Part shown: positions 20,269 to 29,578 of the stretch, one piece after another
How positions within the stretch are numbered: position 1 is the first letter of the stretch
Layout of the letters: each line of letters begins with the position of its first letter
Origin: Streptococcus pneumoniae
GTDB taxonomy: Bacteria; Bacillota; Bacilli; Lactobacillales; Streptococcaceae
Reading direction: 5' to 3' (one strand)
Assembly (NCBI GenBank): GCA_001113365.1
Contig: CKYA01000002.1
Length of the DNA stretch: 32,000 nucleotides
Made by a program: the position numbers and the translations under genes
Notes under the pieces: generated by a model
Database searches by the model: none
Told to the model about the DNA's origin: nothing
The model's input: the letters and a program-made list of their open reading frames with translations, nothing else

Positions 20269-20625
20269 ATGAATATTACCAATTTGTTTTCTATCAAGAC
20301 AAGATGTGATGAAACTGATAGGCAACTGCAAAAACTATTTTTTCAGTTGGATTTACAATTGGGAGAATTGACAGATCAACTAAGAAAATTAGATTCTAAT
20401 TTTGTTCCTCGTAGTCAATTTGTAGACACGCTGGATTTGAATGATGTAGAATATAAAGAAATTTTAAACTATTTTATCTTCCATCGTAATGATAGTGAAG
20501 AAAGTTTGGCAGAATGGTTATATGATTGGATTTCTACAAATCGTTATGAACTTCCTAAAGAGTTTTCAATTCGTATGGCTCATAAATATCATGAAAGTGT
20601 TGTTGAAGTTTTTGGAGATGAATAA
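20269..20625 (+). CDS. uncharacterised 118-aa protein encoded between ilvC and ilvA
   Basis: Intact ORF with no recognised domain: MNITNLFSIKTRCDETDRQLQKLFFQLDLQLGELTDQLRKLDSNF... Confidence 0.8.
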   Translation: MNITNLFSIKTRCDETDRQLQKLFFQLDLQLGELTDQLRKLDSNFVPRSQFVDTLDLNDVEYKEILNYFIFHRNDSEESLAEWLYDWISTNRYELPKEFSIRMAHKYHESVVEVFGDE

Positions 20626-20628
20626 CTA

Positions 20629-20656
20629 AAAAAACAGTCATTAGTGACTGTTTTTT
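20629..20656. terminator. strong bidirectional hairpin terminator between the 118-aa ORF and ilvA
   Basis: AAAAAACAGTCA (20629-20640), TTAG loop, TGACTGTTTTTT (20645-20656): 12-bp perfect stem. Confidence 0.85.
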
Positions 20657-20675
20657 ATAGAAAAAGAGGTTTTAT

Positions 20676-21926
20676 ATGTTAAGTTCAAAAGATATTATCA
20701 AGGCTCACAAGGTCTTGAACGGTGTGGTTGTGAATACACCGCTTGATTACGACCATTATTTATCGGAGAAGTATGGTGCTAAGATTTATTTGAAAAAAGA
20801 AAATGCCCAGCGTGTTCGTTCTTTTAAAATTCGTGGTGCCTATTACGCTATTTCCCAGCTCAGCAAGGAAGAACGTGAGCGTGGGGTAGTCTGTGCCTCT
20901 GCGGGAAATCATGCGCAGGGAGTAGCCTATACTTGTAATGAGATGAAAATTCCTGCTACTATTTTTATGCCCATTACCACTCCGCAACAAAAAATTGGAC
21001 AAGTTCGCTTTTTTGGTGGGGACTTCGTAACCATTAAACTAGTTGGAGATACCTTTGATGCCTCAGCTAAAGCAGCTCAAGAATTTACAGTCTCTGAAAA
21101 CCGTACCTTTATTGATCCTTTTGATGATGCTCATGTCCAGGCAGGTCAAGGAACAGTTGCTTATGAGATTTTAGAAGAAGCTCGAAAAGAATCGATTGAT
21201 TTTGATGCTGTCTTGGTTCCTGTTGGAGGTGGTGGTCTCATTGCCGGGGTTTCTACCTATATCAAAGAAACAAATCCAGAAATTGAAGTCATCGGAGTAG
21301 AGGCGAATGGGGCACGTTCCATGAAAGCTGCCTTTGAAGCTGGTGGACCTGTTAAGCTCAAGGAAATTGACAAATTTGCGGATGGGATTGCTGTACAAAA
21401 GGTAGGTCAATTGACCTATGAAGCAACGCGTCAACATGTTCAAACTTTGGTAGGTGTCGATGAGGGATTGATTTCTGAAACCTTGATTGACCTTTACTCT
21501 AAACAAGGGATTGTCGCAGAACCTGCTGGAGCGGCTAGTATCGCTTCTTTAGAGGTTTTGGCTGAATATATCAAGGGGAAAACCATTTGTTGTATCATTT
21601 CTGGAGGAAATAATGATATCAACCGTATGCCAGAAATGGAAGAGCGTGCCTTGATTTATGATGGGATCAAACATTACTTTGTGGTCAATTTTCCACAGCG
21701 TCCAGGGGCCTTGCGTGAATTTGTAAATGATATCCTGGGGCCAAATGATGATATCACACGTTTTGAGTATATCAAACGAGCTAGCAAGGGGACAGGTCCA
21801 GTATTGATTGGGATTGCCTTGGCAGATAAGCATGATTATGCAGGATTGATTCGTCGAATGGAAGGTTTTGATCCGGCTTATATTAACTTAAATGGGAATG
21901 AAACGCTTTATAATATGCTTGTCTGA
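20676..21926 (+). CDS. ilvA: threonine dehydratase
   Basis: PLP lysine region ENAQRVRSFKIRGAYYAI, SAGNHAQGVAYTC and PVGGGGLIAGVSTYI; C-terminal regulatory domain. Confidence 0.96.
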   Translation: MLSSKDIIKAHKVLNGVVVNTPLDYDHYLSEKYGAKIYLKKENAQRVRSFKIRGAYYAISQLSKEERERGVVCASAGNHAQGVAYTCNEMKIPATIFMPITTPQQKIGQVRFFGGDFVTIKLVGDTFDASAKAAQEFTVSENRTFIDPFDDAHVQAGQGTVAYEILEEARKESIDFDAVLVPVGGGGLIAGVSTYIKETNPEIEVIGVEANGARSMKAAFEAGGPVKLKEIDKFADGIAVQKVGQLTYEATRQHVQTLVGVDEGLISETLIDLYSKQGIVAEPAGAASIASLEVLAEYIKGKTICCIISGGNNDINRMPEMEERALIYDGIKHYFVVNFPQRPGALREFVNDILGPNDDITRFEYIKRASKGTGPVLIGIALADKHDYAGLIRRMEGFDPAYINLNGNETLYNMLV

Positions 21927-21951
21927 GGACTAATAAAAAAATATCATATTA

Positions 21952-21980
21952 TTTGCACAACTGATGTATAGGTGCTATAA
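21952..21980 (+). promoter_or_regulatory. strong sigma-A-type promoter downstream of ilvA with no annotated target
   Basis: TTGCAC (21952-21957), 17-nt spacer, TATAAT (21975-21980). Confidence 0.65.
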
Positions 21981-22416
21981 TGAAGATGAAGAAAGGGGGC
22001 GATTCCTATGGTTTTAGGAAGCTTATCGTGCAATTCTTACTTCTGTTCATTATAGCATTTATGATGTTTGGCTCAGATTTCCATCCTTCATTTTGATTTC
22101 CCATCTATTTTGAAAAGTAAACTCACACGGTCTTTAAGATGTGATTTGATTTCTTTTTATTGACAAATATACCATATTAAAAGGATATATAAGTAATTGA
22201 CTGAGCTTATCTGTCTTGTCATCTTTATTAAGGATGGTTTAGAGAATCGGGTGTTTGGTTTTAGGCTAGCACCTCAATATCCAAATGAGTGATGAATTTG
22301 AAGGATATAAGGAATACCTATCTCTCAGATGATTTATTGAGGAAGAAAGATAGGAGTTTTTGAGCTAGTGAATGCTTGGATTTCTAAAGGTTAGGACTGT
22401 CATCTTCAGTTCTTAA

Positions 22417-22578
22417 ATCGAAGAAATAAGCTATCTTACGGAGATAGAGAAGCATTTTTTTAAAAGCTTGAATAATTTTGCACCTCAAGAGGGTAATAAT
22501 ACAATATTTTTATTAGCAAATATTTATGGTGTAGAGGCTAGCAAAACCTATATATTATCGGCTTTAAAAAGGAAGTAA
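22417..22578 (+). pseudogene. unidentified coding remnant (53 sense codons, no start codon)
   Basis: Open frame IEEISYLTEIEKHFFKSLNNFAPQEGNNTIFLLANIYGVEASKTYILSALKRK* with protein-like composition but no ATG/GTG/TTG start at its beginning. Confidence 0.35.
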
Positions 22579-22622
22579 GAAAATTCTGAACTAATTATTT
22601 TCGTTGAATATATGTTTTTTTA

Positions 22623-22651
22623 TTGACAAAAGTAGTAAAAACGTATACAAT
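22623..22651 (+). promoter_or_regulatory. consensus promoter for the 71-aa gene
   Basis: TTGACA (22623-22628), 17-nt spacer, TACAAT (22646-22651). Confidence 0.8.
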
Positions 22652-22684
22652 TAAATATTGTAAAGAAGAAAATAGGAGAAAAAC

Positions 22685-22900
22685 ATGGCTAAGTCAAACT
22701 TTGAAAAAGTAGAATCAGTTGTTGGCTGGGTTCGTGATAAGAAAATCACAGGCTACCGTATCTCTAAAGAAACGAATGCGCGTGAAATGTCTATCATTGC
22801 TCTGGCGCAGGGTCGTGCAAAAGTAAAAAATATTTCATTTGAAACAGCCCTAGGCCTAATTGATTTCTATGAAAAAAATCATGAAAAATTTGAAGATTAA
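22685..22900 (+). CDS. small (71 aa) putative DNA-binding / HTH-like protein
   Basis: MAKSNFEKVESVVGWVRDKKITGYRISKETNAREMSIIALAQGRAKVKNISFETALGLIDFYEKNHEKFED. YRISKETN...SIIALAQGRAKVKNISFETALGLIDFY resembles a short Cro/XRE-like HTH. AGGAG RBS and a consensus promoter are present. Confidence 0.8.
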   Translation: MAKSNFEKVESVVGWVRDKKITGYRISKETNAREMSIIALAQGRAKVKNISFETALGLIDFYEKNHEKFED

Positions 22901-22912
22901 TCTTTGGATAAC

Positions 22913-22959
22913 GGCGGATTCTTGACTCTCAAGTAGTAGAGATAGAGAATCTGCCTTTT
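22913..22959 (+). terminator. terminator of the 71-aa gene
   Basis: GGCGGATTCT (22913-22922) pairs with AGAATCTGCC (22946-22955) with one mismatch, then TTTT. Confidence 0.65.
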
Positions 22960-22973
22960 CATTTTGGACAGCA

Positions 22974-23002
22974 AAAAGACTGCACGATTGATGCAGCCTT
23001 TT
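22974..23002. terminator. bidirectional terminator serving the minus-strand ABC transporter genes
   Basis: AAAAGaCTGCA ... TGCAGcCTTTT stem-loop with one internal mismatch and U-tract on the - strand. Confidence 0.6.
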
Positions 23003-23006
23003 CTTT

Positions 23007-23747
23007 TTATTTGAGATAGCGTTGAAGGAATTCTTTTGTACGGTCTTCTTTAGGATTGGTGAAGAGGTCTTCTGGTTTGCCTTCTTCAGCGATTACACCC
23101 TTATCCATGAAGATAACACGGTGAGAGACATCACGGGCGAATTCCATTTCGTGAGTTACAACAATCATGGTCAAGCCTTCTTGAGCCAGGTCCTGCATGA
23201 TTTTGAGGACTTCTCCAACCATTTCTGGATCGAGAGCTGATGTTGGTTCATCAAAGAGAATGGCGTCCGGATTCATGGAGAGGGCACGAGCGATGGCCAC
23301 ACGTTGTTTTTGACCTCCTGAGAGTTGTTTTGGTTTCGCTTGCCAGTAGCGTTCTCCCATGCCGACCTTTTCAAGGTTTTCTTTGGCAATCTTTTCAGCT
23401 TCTGTACGTTCGCGTTTAAGGACAGTTGTCTGAGCGACGATTGTGTTTTCAAGAACGTTGAGATTTTCAAAGAGGTTAAAGGATTGGAAAACCATTCCCA
23501 ACTTTTCACGGTATTGCGTGAGGTCATATCCTTTTTCGAGGACGTTTTGTCCATGATAAAGGATTTGTCCATCAGTTGGCGTTTCAAGTAGGTTAATGGA
23601 GCGTAGGAAAGTTGATTTTCCGCTTCCAGAGCTTCCGATGATAGAGATGACCTCTCCCTTGTGGACAGTAAGTGAAATGTCTTTTAGCACTTCGTTTTGT
23701 CCATAGGATTTTTTGAGGTGTTTAATTTCAAGGATTGCTTGTGTCAT
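23007..23747 (-). CDS. glnQ: polar amino acid (glutamine-type) ABC transporter ATP-binding protein
   Basis: Walker [14 protein letters not shown], signature [16 protein letters not shown] and [15 protein letters not shown]. Confidence 0.9.
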   Translation of the reverse strand: MTQAILEIKHLKKSYGQNEVLKDISLTVHKGEVISIIGSSGSGKSTFLRSINLLETPTDGQILYHGQNVLEKGYDLTQYREKLGMVFQSFNLFENLNVLENTIVAQTTVLKRERTEAEKIAKENLEKVGMGERYWQAKPKQLSGGQKQRVAIARALSMNPDAILFDEPTSALDPEMVGEVLKIMQDLAQEGLTMIVVTHEMEFARDVSHRVIFMDKGVIAEEGKPEDLFTNPKEDRTKEFLQRYLK

Positions 23748-25312
23748 TATTTCAAATCCTCCGTTTGCATTTGGTTAGCACCTGTAGTATAGGTATCCAT
23801 GTCCATGCGACGTTCGATGAAGCGTAGGATACGTGTTACGGTGAAGGTGAGGACAAAGTAAATCACGGCGATGATTGTAAATGTCTGGAAGTATTGATAG
23901 GTTTGTGTTGCCACGGTATTTCCTGAGAAATAAAGTTCGACAACAGAGATAACGTTCAATACAGATGTATCTTTGATATTGATGACAAATTCATTACCAG
24001 TTGCTGGTAGGATGTTGCGGACAACCTGAGGGAGGACAATCTTACGCATGGTTTGGTTATGAGTCATACCAAGAGCAGTCGCAGCTTCAAATTGTCCCTT
24101 GTCAACTGCTAGGATACCACCACGGACGATTTCAGTCATGTAGGCACCAGTATTGATTGAAACGATGAAGATAGCAGCTAGTGTGCGGTCAAGGTTGATC
24201 CCGAAAGCTTGGGCAGTTCCATAGTAGATAACCATCGATTGAACAATCATTGGTGTACCACGGAAAATTTCAATGTAGACATTGAGGATCCAGCCGACTA
24301 GTTTTTGTAGGCCATAAATGGCTTTATTCTCAGATAGAGGAGCAGTACGGAAAACACCAATGGCAAGACCGATAATGAGACCTATAATGGTTCCGACAAT
24401 AGAGATTAAAAGAGTGATACCAGCACCACGCAAGAGTTGTTGCCAGTTCTCAGAAAGAATTTTAGTGACTTGGCTAAAGAAACTACTGCTAGTCTCTTCA
24501 GTTGTTGTAGCTTCGGCAGGTTGTTCCTTGATCATACGATCCATCAAGGCAACTTGGTCATCTTTTGAAATGGTTTCAATGCTGGCATTGATTTGGCTAA
24601 TACGATTGTCATCTTTACGAAGTCCAATGGCAATAGCTGTATCTTCTTCTCCAGTTTTAAAACCTGGTTCTACTTGGACCATCTTGAACTTAGAGTTAGC
24701 AGCTTCGGCAGTCAGAGCTTCTGGGCGTTCAGAAACATAGGCATCGATGACACCAGCCTCAAGAGCTTGGCGCATTTGAGCGAAGTCTCCCATAGCTGTT
24801 TCTTTTTTAGCTCCTGGGATTTGTGCAATCAAATCGTAAAGGTAAACCCCTTGTTGAGAAGTGATTTTCGCACCATTAAAGTCATCTAAAGATTTAGCAT
24901 TTGCGTAGGCAGAATCTTTTTTGACTAGTAGAACTGGTTCGCTAGTATAGTAACTACTTGAAAAGGCAATTTCTTGTTTGCGCTCAGCAGTAGGACTCAT
25001 ACCTGCGATAATCATGTCAATCTTACCAGAAGTAAGGGCAGGGACTAGACCTTCCCACTTGGTTTTAACAACCAAAGGTTCTTTACCTAAGTCCTTAGCG
25101 ATTTTCTTGGCGATTTGAACATCGTATCCATTGGCATACTGGTTGGTTCCATCGATTTTGACAGCCCCATTGCTATCATCGTCCTGAGTCCAGTTAAAGG
25201 GGGCATATGCCGCTTCCATCCCGATGCGTAAATATTCATCGGCTTGAGCAACATTGACAAGTCCCAGCATCAGCAAGAGACTTGTGAAAATAGATAAGTA
25301 TATTTTTCTCAT
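23747..25312 (-). CDS. amino acid ABC transporter fused substrate-binding / permease protein
   Basis: Signal peptide plus SBP3 domain ([14 protein letters not shown]...[20 protein letters not shown]), followed by a HisM-type permease domain ([26 protein letters not shown]...[18 protein letters not shown]). Confidence 0.92.
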   Translation of the reverse strand: MRKIYLSIFTSLLLMLGLVNVAQADEYLRIGMEAAYAPFNWTQDDDSNGAVKIDGTNQYANGYDVQIAKKIAKDLGKEPLVVKTKWEGLVPALTSGKIDMIIAGMSPTAERKQEIAFSSSYYTSEPVLLVKKDSAYANAKSLDDFNGAKITSQQGVYLYDLIAQIPGAKKETAMGDFAQMRQALEAGVIDAYVSERPEALTAEAANSKFKMVQVEPGFKTGEEDTAIAIGLRKDDNRISQINASIETISKDDQVALMDRMIKEQPAEATTTEETSSSFFSQVTKILSENWQQLLRGAGITLLISIVGTIIGLIIGLAIGVFRTAPLSENKAIYGLQKLVGWILNVYIEIFRGTPMIVQSMVIYYGTAQAFGINLDRTLAAIFIVSINTGAYMTEIVRGGILAVDKGQFEAATALGMTHNQTMRKIVLPQVVRNILPATGNEFVINIKDTSVLNVISVVELYFSGNTVATQTYQYFQTFTIIAVIYFVLTFTVTRILRFIERRMDMDTYTTGANQMQTEDLK

Positions 25313-25447
25313 GATTTCTCCTATTTCTAATCTATTAAAAAATAACTGTCTCCTATTTTATCGAAAAATGCGTAATTTTTCAACATAAGTAAGCCTTTAC
25401 TTACGAAAAAATGTTATAATGATAAGAAAGATAAAAAGGGGGCTTAG

Positions 25448-27340
25448 TTGATGAAAAAAACTTTTTTCTTACTAGTGTTTGGCTTGTTTTGCCTTCTGCC
25501 ATTTTCTGTTTTCGCCATTGATTTTAAGATAAACTCTTATCAAGGGGATTTGTATATTCATGCAGACAATACAGCAGAATTTAGACAGAAGATAGTTTAT
25601 CAGTTTGAGGAGGACTTTAAGGGCCAAATCGTGGGACTTGGACGTGCTGGCAAGATGCCTAGTGGATTTGACATTGATCCTCACCCAAAGGTTCAGGCTG
25701 CGAAAAACGGTGCTGAACTGACAGATGTTACTAGCGAAGTGACAGAAGGAGCAGATGGTTATACTGTTAAAGTTTATAATCCAGGTCAAGAAGGCGACAC
25801 AGTTGAAGTTGACCTTGTTTGGAACTTAAAGAATTTGCTTTTTCTATATGATGACATTGCTGAATTAAATTGGCAACCTTTAACAGACAGTTCAGAGTCT
25901 ATTAAAAAGTTTGAATTTCATGTAAGGGGGGACAAGGGGGCTGAGAAACTCTTTTTCCATACAGGGCAACTCTTTAGAGAGGGAACGGTTGAAAAGAGTA
26001 ACCTTGATTATACTATTCGTTTAGACGATCTTCCACCTAAGCGTGGAGTTGAATTGCATGCCTACTGGCCTCGGACCGATTTTGCTAATGCTACGGATCA
26101 GGGATTGAAAGGGAATCGTTTAGAAGAGTTTAATAAGATAGAAGACTCGATTGTTAAAGACAAAGAGCAAAGTAAACAACTCCTTACTTGGGTCTTCCCT
26201 TCGATACTTTCTATCTCCTTGTTATTGAGTGTCTGCTTTTATTTTATTTATAGAAGAAAGACCACTCCTTCGGTCAAATATGCCAAAAATCATCGTCTCT
26301 ATGAACCACCAATGGAATTAGAGCCTATGGTTTTATCAGAGGCTGTCTACTCGACCTCCTTGGAGGAAGTGAGTCCTCTAACAAAAGGAGCAGGTAAATT
26401 TACCTTTGATCAACTTATTCAAGCTACCTTGCTAGATGTGATAGACCGTGGGAATGTGTCTATTATTTCAGAAGGAGATGCAGTTGGTTTGAGGCTAGTA
26501 AAAGAAGATGGTTTGTCAAGCTTTGAGAGAGACTGTCTAAATCTGGCCTTTTCAGGCAAAAAAGAAGAAACTCTTTCCAACTTGTTTGCGGATTACAAGG
26601 TATCTGATAGTCTTTATCGTAGAGCAAAAGTCTCTGATGAAAAACGGATTCAAGCAAGGGGGCGTCAGCTCAAATCCTCTTTTGAAGAAGTATTGAACCA
26701 GATGCAAGAAGGAGTGAGAAGTCGAGTTTCCTTCTGGGGGCTTCCGGATTACTATCGTCCCTTAACTGGTGGGGAAAAGGCCTTGCAAGTGGGTATGGGT
26801 GCCTTGACTATCCTGCCCCTATTTATTGGATTTGGTTTGTTCTTGTACAGTTTGGATGTTTATGGCTATCTTTACCTCCTCTTGCCAATACTTGGTTTTC
26901 TAGGTTTGGTTTTGGCTGTTTTCTATTATTGGAAGCTTCGATTAGATAATCGTGATGGTGTCCTAAATGAAGCAGGAGCAGAAGTCTACTATCTCTGGAC
27001 CAGTTTTGAAAATATGTTGCGTGAGATTGCACGATTGGATCAGGCTGAATTGGAAAGTATTGTGGTTTGGAATCGCCTCTTGGTTTATGCAACCCTATTT
27101 GGCTATGCGGACAAGGTTAGTCATTTGATGAAGGTGCATCAGATTCAAGTGGAAAATCCAGATATCAACCTCTATGTAGCTTATGGCTGGCACAGTATGT
27201 TTTATCATTCAAGCGCGCAAATGAGCCATTATGCTAGTGTCGCAAATACAGCAAGTACCTACTCCGTATCTTCTGGAAGTGGAAGTTCTGGGGGTGGCTT
27301 CTCTGGAGGCGGAGGCGGTGGCAGTATAGGCGCCTTTTAA
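25448..27340 (+). CDS. DUF2207-like membrane protein with signal peptide and Gly/Ser-rich C-terminus
   Basis: N-terminal signal; IDFKINSYQGDLYIHADNTAEFRQKIVYQF; TM segments; C-terminal SGSGSSGGGFSGGGGGGSIGAF. Confidence 0.82.
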   Translation: MMKKTFFLLVFGLFCLLPFSVFAIDFKINSYQGDLYIHADNTAEFRQKIVYQFEEDFKGQIVGLGRAGKMPSGFDIDPHPKVQAAKNGAELTDVTSEVTEGADGYTVKVYNPGQEGDTVEVDLVWNLKNLLFLYDDIAELNWQPLTDSSESIKKFEFHVRGDKGAEKLFFHTGQLFREGTVEKSNLDYTIRLDDLPPKRGVELHAYWPRTDFANATDQGLKGNRLEEFNKIEDSIVKDKEQSKQLLTWVFPSILSISLLLSVCFYFIYRRKTTPSVKYAKNHRLYEPPMELEPMVLSEAVYSTSLEEVSPLTKGAGKFTFDQLIQATLLDVIDRGNVSIISEGDAVGLRLVKEDGLSSFERDCLNLAFSGKKEETLSNLFADYKVSDSLYRRAKVSDEKRIQARGRQLKSSFEEVLNQMQEGVRSRVSFWGLPDYYRPLTGGEKALQVGMGALTILPLFIGFGLFLYSLDVYGYLYLLLPILGFLGLVLAVFYYWKLRLDNRDGVLNEAGAEVYYLWTSFENMLREIARLDQAELESIVVWNRLLVYATLFGYADKVSHLMKVHQIQVENPDINLYVAYGWHSMFYHSSAQMSHYASVANTASTYSVSSGSGSSGGGFSGGGGGGSIGAF

Positions 27341-27401
27341 AGAGAACTGCCATAGACTGAAAAAGTATGCTATAATGGAAGATAGAAAAAAGGAGTAATC
27401 T

Positions 27402-28247
27402 ATGTATCTTATTGAAATTTTAAAATCTATCTTCTTCGGTATTGTTGAAGGAATTACGGAATGGTTGCCGATTTCCAGTACAGGTCACTTGATTTTAGCA
27501 GAGGAATTTATCCAATACCAAAATCAAAACGAAGCCTTTGTGTCCATGTTTAATGTCGTGATTCAGCTGGGTGCGATTTTAGCGGTTATGGTGATTTACT
27601 TTAATAAGCTCAATCCTTTCAAACCGACTAAGGACAAACAGGAAGTTCGTAAGACTTGGAGACTATGGTTGAAGGTCTTGATTGCGACCTTGCCTTTACT
27701 TGGTGTCTTTAAATTTGACGATTGGTTTGACACCCACTTCCATAACATGGTTTCAGTTGCCCTCATGTTGATTATCTACGGGATTGCCTTTATCTATTTG
27801 GAAAAGCGCAATAAAGCGCGTGCTATCGAACCAAGTGTAACAGAGTTGGACAAGCTTCCTTATACGACAGCTTTCTATATCGGACTCTTCCAAGTTCTTG
27901 CTCTTTTACCAGGAACTAGCCGTTCAGGTGCAACGATTGTCGGTGGTTTGTTAAATGGAACCAGTCGTTCTGTTGTGACAGAATTTACCTTCTATCTTGG
28001 AATTCCAGTTATGTTTGGAGCTAGCGCCTTAAAGATTTTCAAATTTGTGAAAGCAGGACAGCTCTTGAGTTTTGGGCAATTGTTCTTGCTCTTGGTTGCG
28101 ATGGGAGTAGCTTTTGCAGTCAGCATGGTGGCTATTCGTTTCTTGACAAGCTATGTGAAAAAACACGACTTTACCCTTTTCGGCAAATACCGCATCGTGC
28201 TTGGTAGTGTTTTGCTACTTTACAGTTTTGTCCGTTTATTTGTATAA
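27402..28247 (+). CDS. uppP: undecaprenyl-diphosphate phosphatase
   Basis: [20 protein letters not shown] and [21 protein letters not shown]. Confidence 0.97.
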   Translation: MYLIEILKSIFFGIVEGITEWLPISSTGHLILAEEFIQYQNQNEAFVSMFNVVIQLGAILAVMVIYFNKLNPFKPTKDKQEVRKTWRLWLKVLIATLPLLGVFKFDDWFDTHFHNMVSVALMLIIYGIAFIYLEKRNKARAIEPSVTELDKLPYTTAFYIGLFQVLALLPGTSRSGATIVGGLLNGTSRSVVTEFTFYLGIPVMFGASALKIFKFVKAGQLLSFGQLFLLLVAMGVAFAVSMVAIRFLTSYVKKHDFTLFGKYRIVLGSVLLLYSFVRLFV

Positions 28248-28249
28248 GA

Positions 28250-28281
28250 AAAACCTTGAAGGGGCAGCTCTTCAAGGTTTT
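28250..28281. terminator. bidirectional terminator between convergent uppP and dinB
   Basis: AAAACCTTGAAG (28250-28261) and CTTCAAGGTTTT (28270-28281): 12-bp perfect stem that overlaps the dinB stop codon. Confidence 0.9.
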
Positions 28282-29350
28282 AAAATCCAGTCACGGTAAT
28301 CCCCAGCAGGCGGACACCTCTTTCTTTCTCGCTTAACTCTTCATAGAGTTGCAGGGCTATTTGGCTTATCTGACTAGCATCCTGTGTTTTTTGAGCCAGA
28401 CTTTTTCGTTTGGTAAGAGTTGAAAAGTCCTCGTAGCGAATTTTCAGAATGACAATTTTTCCAGCTTTTTCTTGTTGACTGAGATTGAGAGCGACTCTTT
28501 CTGATAGGAGAGTCAGCTCTTTTTTGATGTCCTCCTCGGCACGGAGAATCTTTCCATAGGTTTTCTCCTTCCCAATTGATTTACGGATACGATTGGATTT
28601 GACTGGGGAATTGTGGATACCACGAGCCTTTCTATAAAGGTCATAGCCCAGTCTGCCAAAGCGGTCTATTAGGGTCACTTCAGGAACTTCAAGTAGGTCA
28701 GCGCCAGTAAAAACACCCATGTGATGAAGCCGTTCCACCGTCTTTTTTCCTACTCCATGAAACTTAGCCACGTCCATTTGTTTGAGAAAGTCCTCAGCCT
28801 GGTCAGGTAGAATTACTGTCAAACCATGTGGTTTTTGATAATCACTAGCCATCTTAGCTAAGAATTTGTTGTAGGAAACACCTGCGGAAGCAGTTAGATG
28901 GAGTTCTTGCCAGATATCCTCTTGAATGAGGCGAGCGATTTTGACCGCTGACTTGATACCAAGTTTATTTTCTGTCACATCCAAATAGGCTTCGTCAATG
29001 CTCATGGGTTCAATCAAATCTGTATAGCGCTTAAAAATAGCTCGAATCTGGAGTCCCACAGCCTTGTATTTCTCATAATTTCCTGAGATGAAGACGGCCT
29101 GGGGACAACGCTCATAGGCTTCCTTAGAGCTCATGGCAGAATGGACACCAAAAGCTCGTGCCTCATAGCTACAGGTAGAAACGACTCCCCGCCCACCTGT
29201 TTGCCGAGGGTCGCTTCCGATAATGACAGGTTTTCCTCTGAGTTTAGGATTATCCCTGATCTCCACTGCAGCAAAAAAGGCATCCATGTCAATATGGATG
29301 ATTTTTCTTGACAAATCATTTAATAAGGGGAAAATCAACATGCCTAGCAC
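28280..29350 (-). CDS. dinB: DNA polymerase IV
   Basis: [44 protein letters not shown] and [18 protein letters not shown]. The start may be an internal Met at 29341. Confidence 0.95.
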   Translation of the reverse strand: MLGMLIFPLLNDLSRKIIHIDMDAFFAAVEIRDNPKLRGKPVIIGSDPRQTGGRGVVSTCSYEARAFGVHSAMSSKEAYERCPQAVFISGNYEKYKAVGLQIRAIFKRYTDLIEPMSIDEAYLDVTENKLGIKSAVKIARLIQEDIWQELHLTASAGVSYNKFLAKMASDYQKPHGLTVILPDQAEDFLKQMDVAKFHGVGKKTVERLHHMGVFTGADLLEVPEVTLIDRFGRLGYDLYRKARGIHNSPVKSNRIRKSIGKEKTYGKILRAEEDIKKELTLLSERVALNLSQQEKAGKIVILKIRYEDFSTLTKRKSLAQKTQDASQISQIALQLYEELSEKERGVRLLGITVTGF

Positions 29351-29373
29351 CTTTTTACAGCTTATTTTCTTTT

Positions 29374-29414
29374 ATTATACCCTTTTTTCTGAAAAAAGGA
29401 AAAAAGGGTATAAT
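29374..29414. repeat. perfect 15-bp inverted repeat with nested hairpin between dinB and pflB
   Basis: ATTATACCCTTTTTT (29374-29388), 11-nt loop, AAAAAAGGGTATAAT (29400-29414). A nested CCTTTTTT-CTG-AAAAAAGG occupies 29381-29399. Confidence 0.9.
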
Positions 29415-29493
29415 TTTTTCAAAAATATAATACAGTTTGGAGTAAAATATAGACTGTTTTAGAAAAGAAAGTGTAAAAATAGGGATTTTTCGC

Positions 29494-29523
29494 TTGTTGA
29501 AATCGGTTACTGTATGGTATACT
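29494..29523 (+). promoter_or_regulatory. pflB promoter with overlapping candidate cre (CcpA) site
   Basis: TTGTTG (29494-29499), 18-nt spacer, TATACT (29518-29523). TGAAATCGGTTACT (29498-29511) fits TGWAANCGNTNWCA at all but the last base. Confidence 0.6.
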
Positions 29524-29578
29524 TGACTCATGAATGTAACAGATGGTTGTTACTAGAAAGAAAAAAGAGGACATTAAC

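Noticed and set aside
24318-24740. 140-aa + strand ORF over the transporter gene
   Set aside because: It is antisense to the conserved permease/binding-protein fusion.
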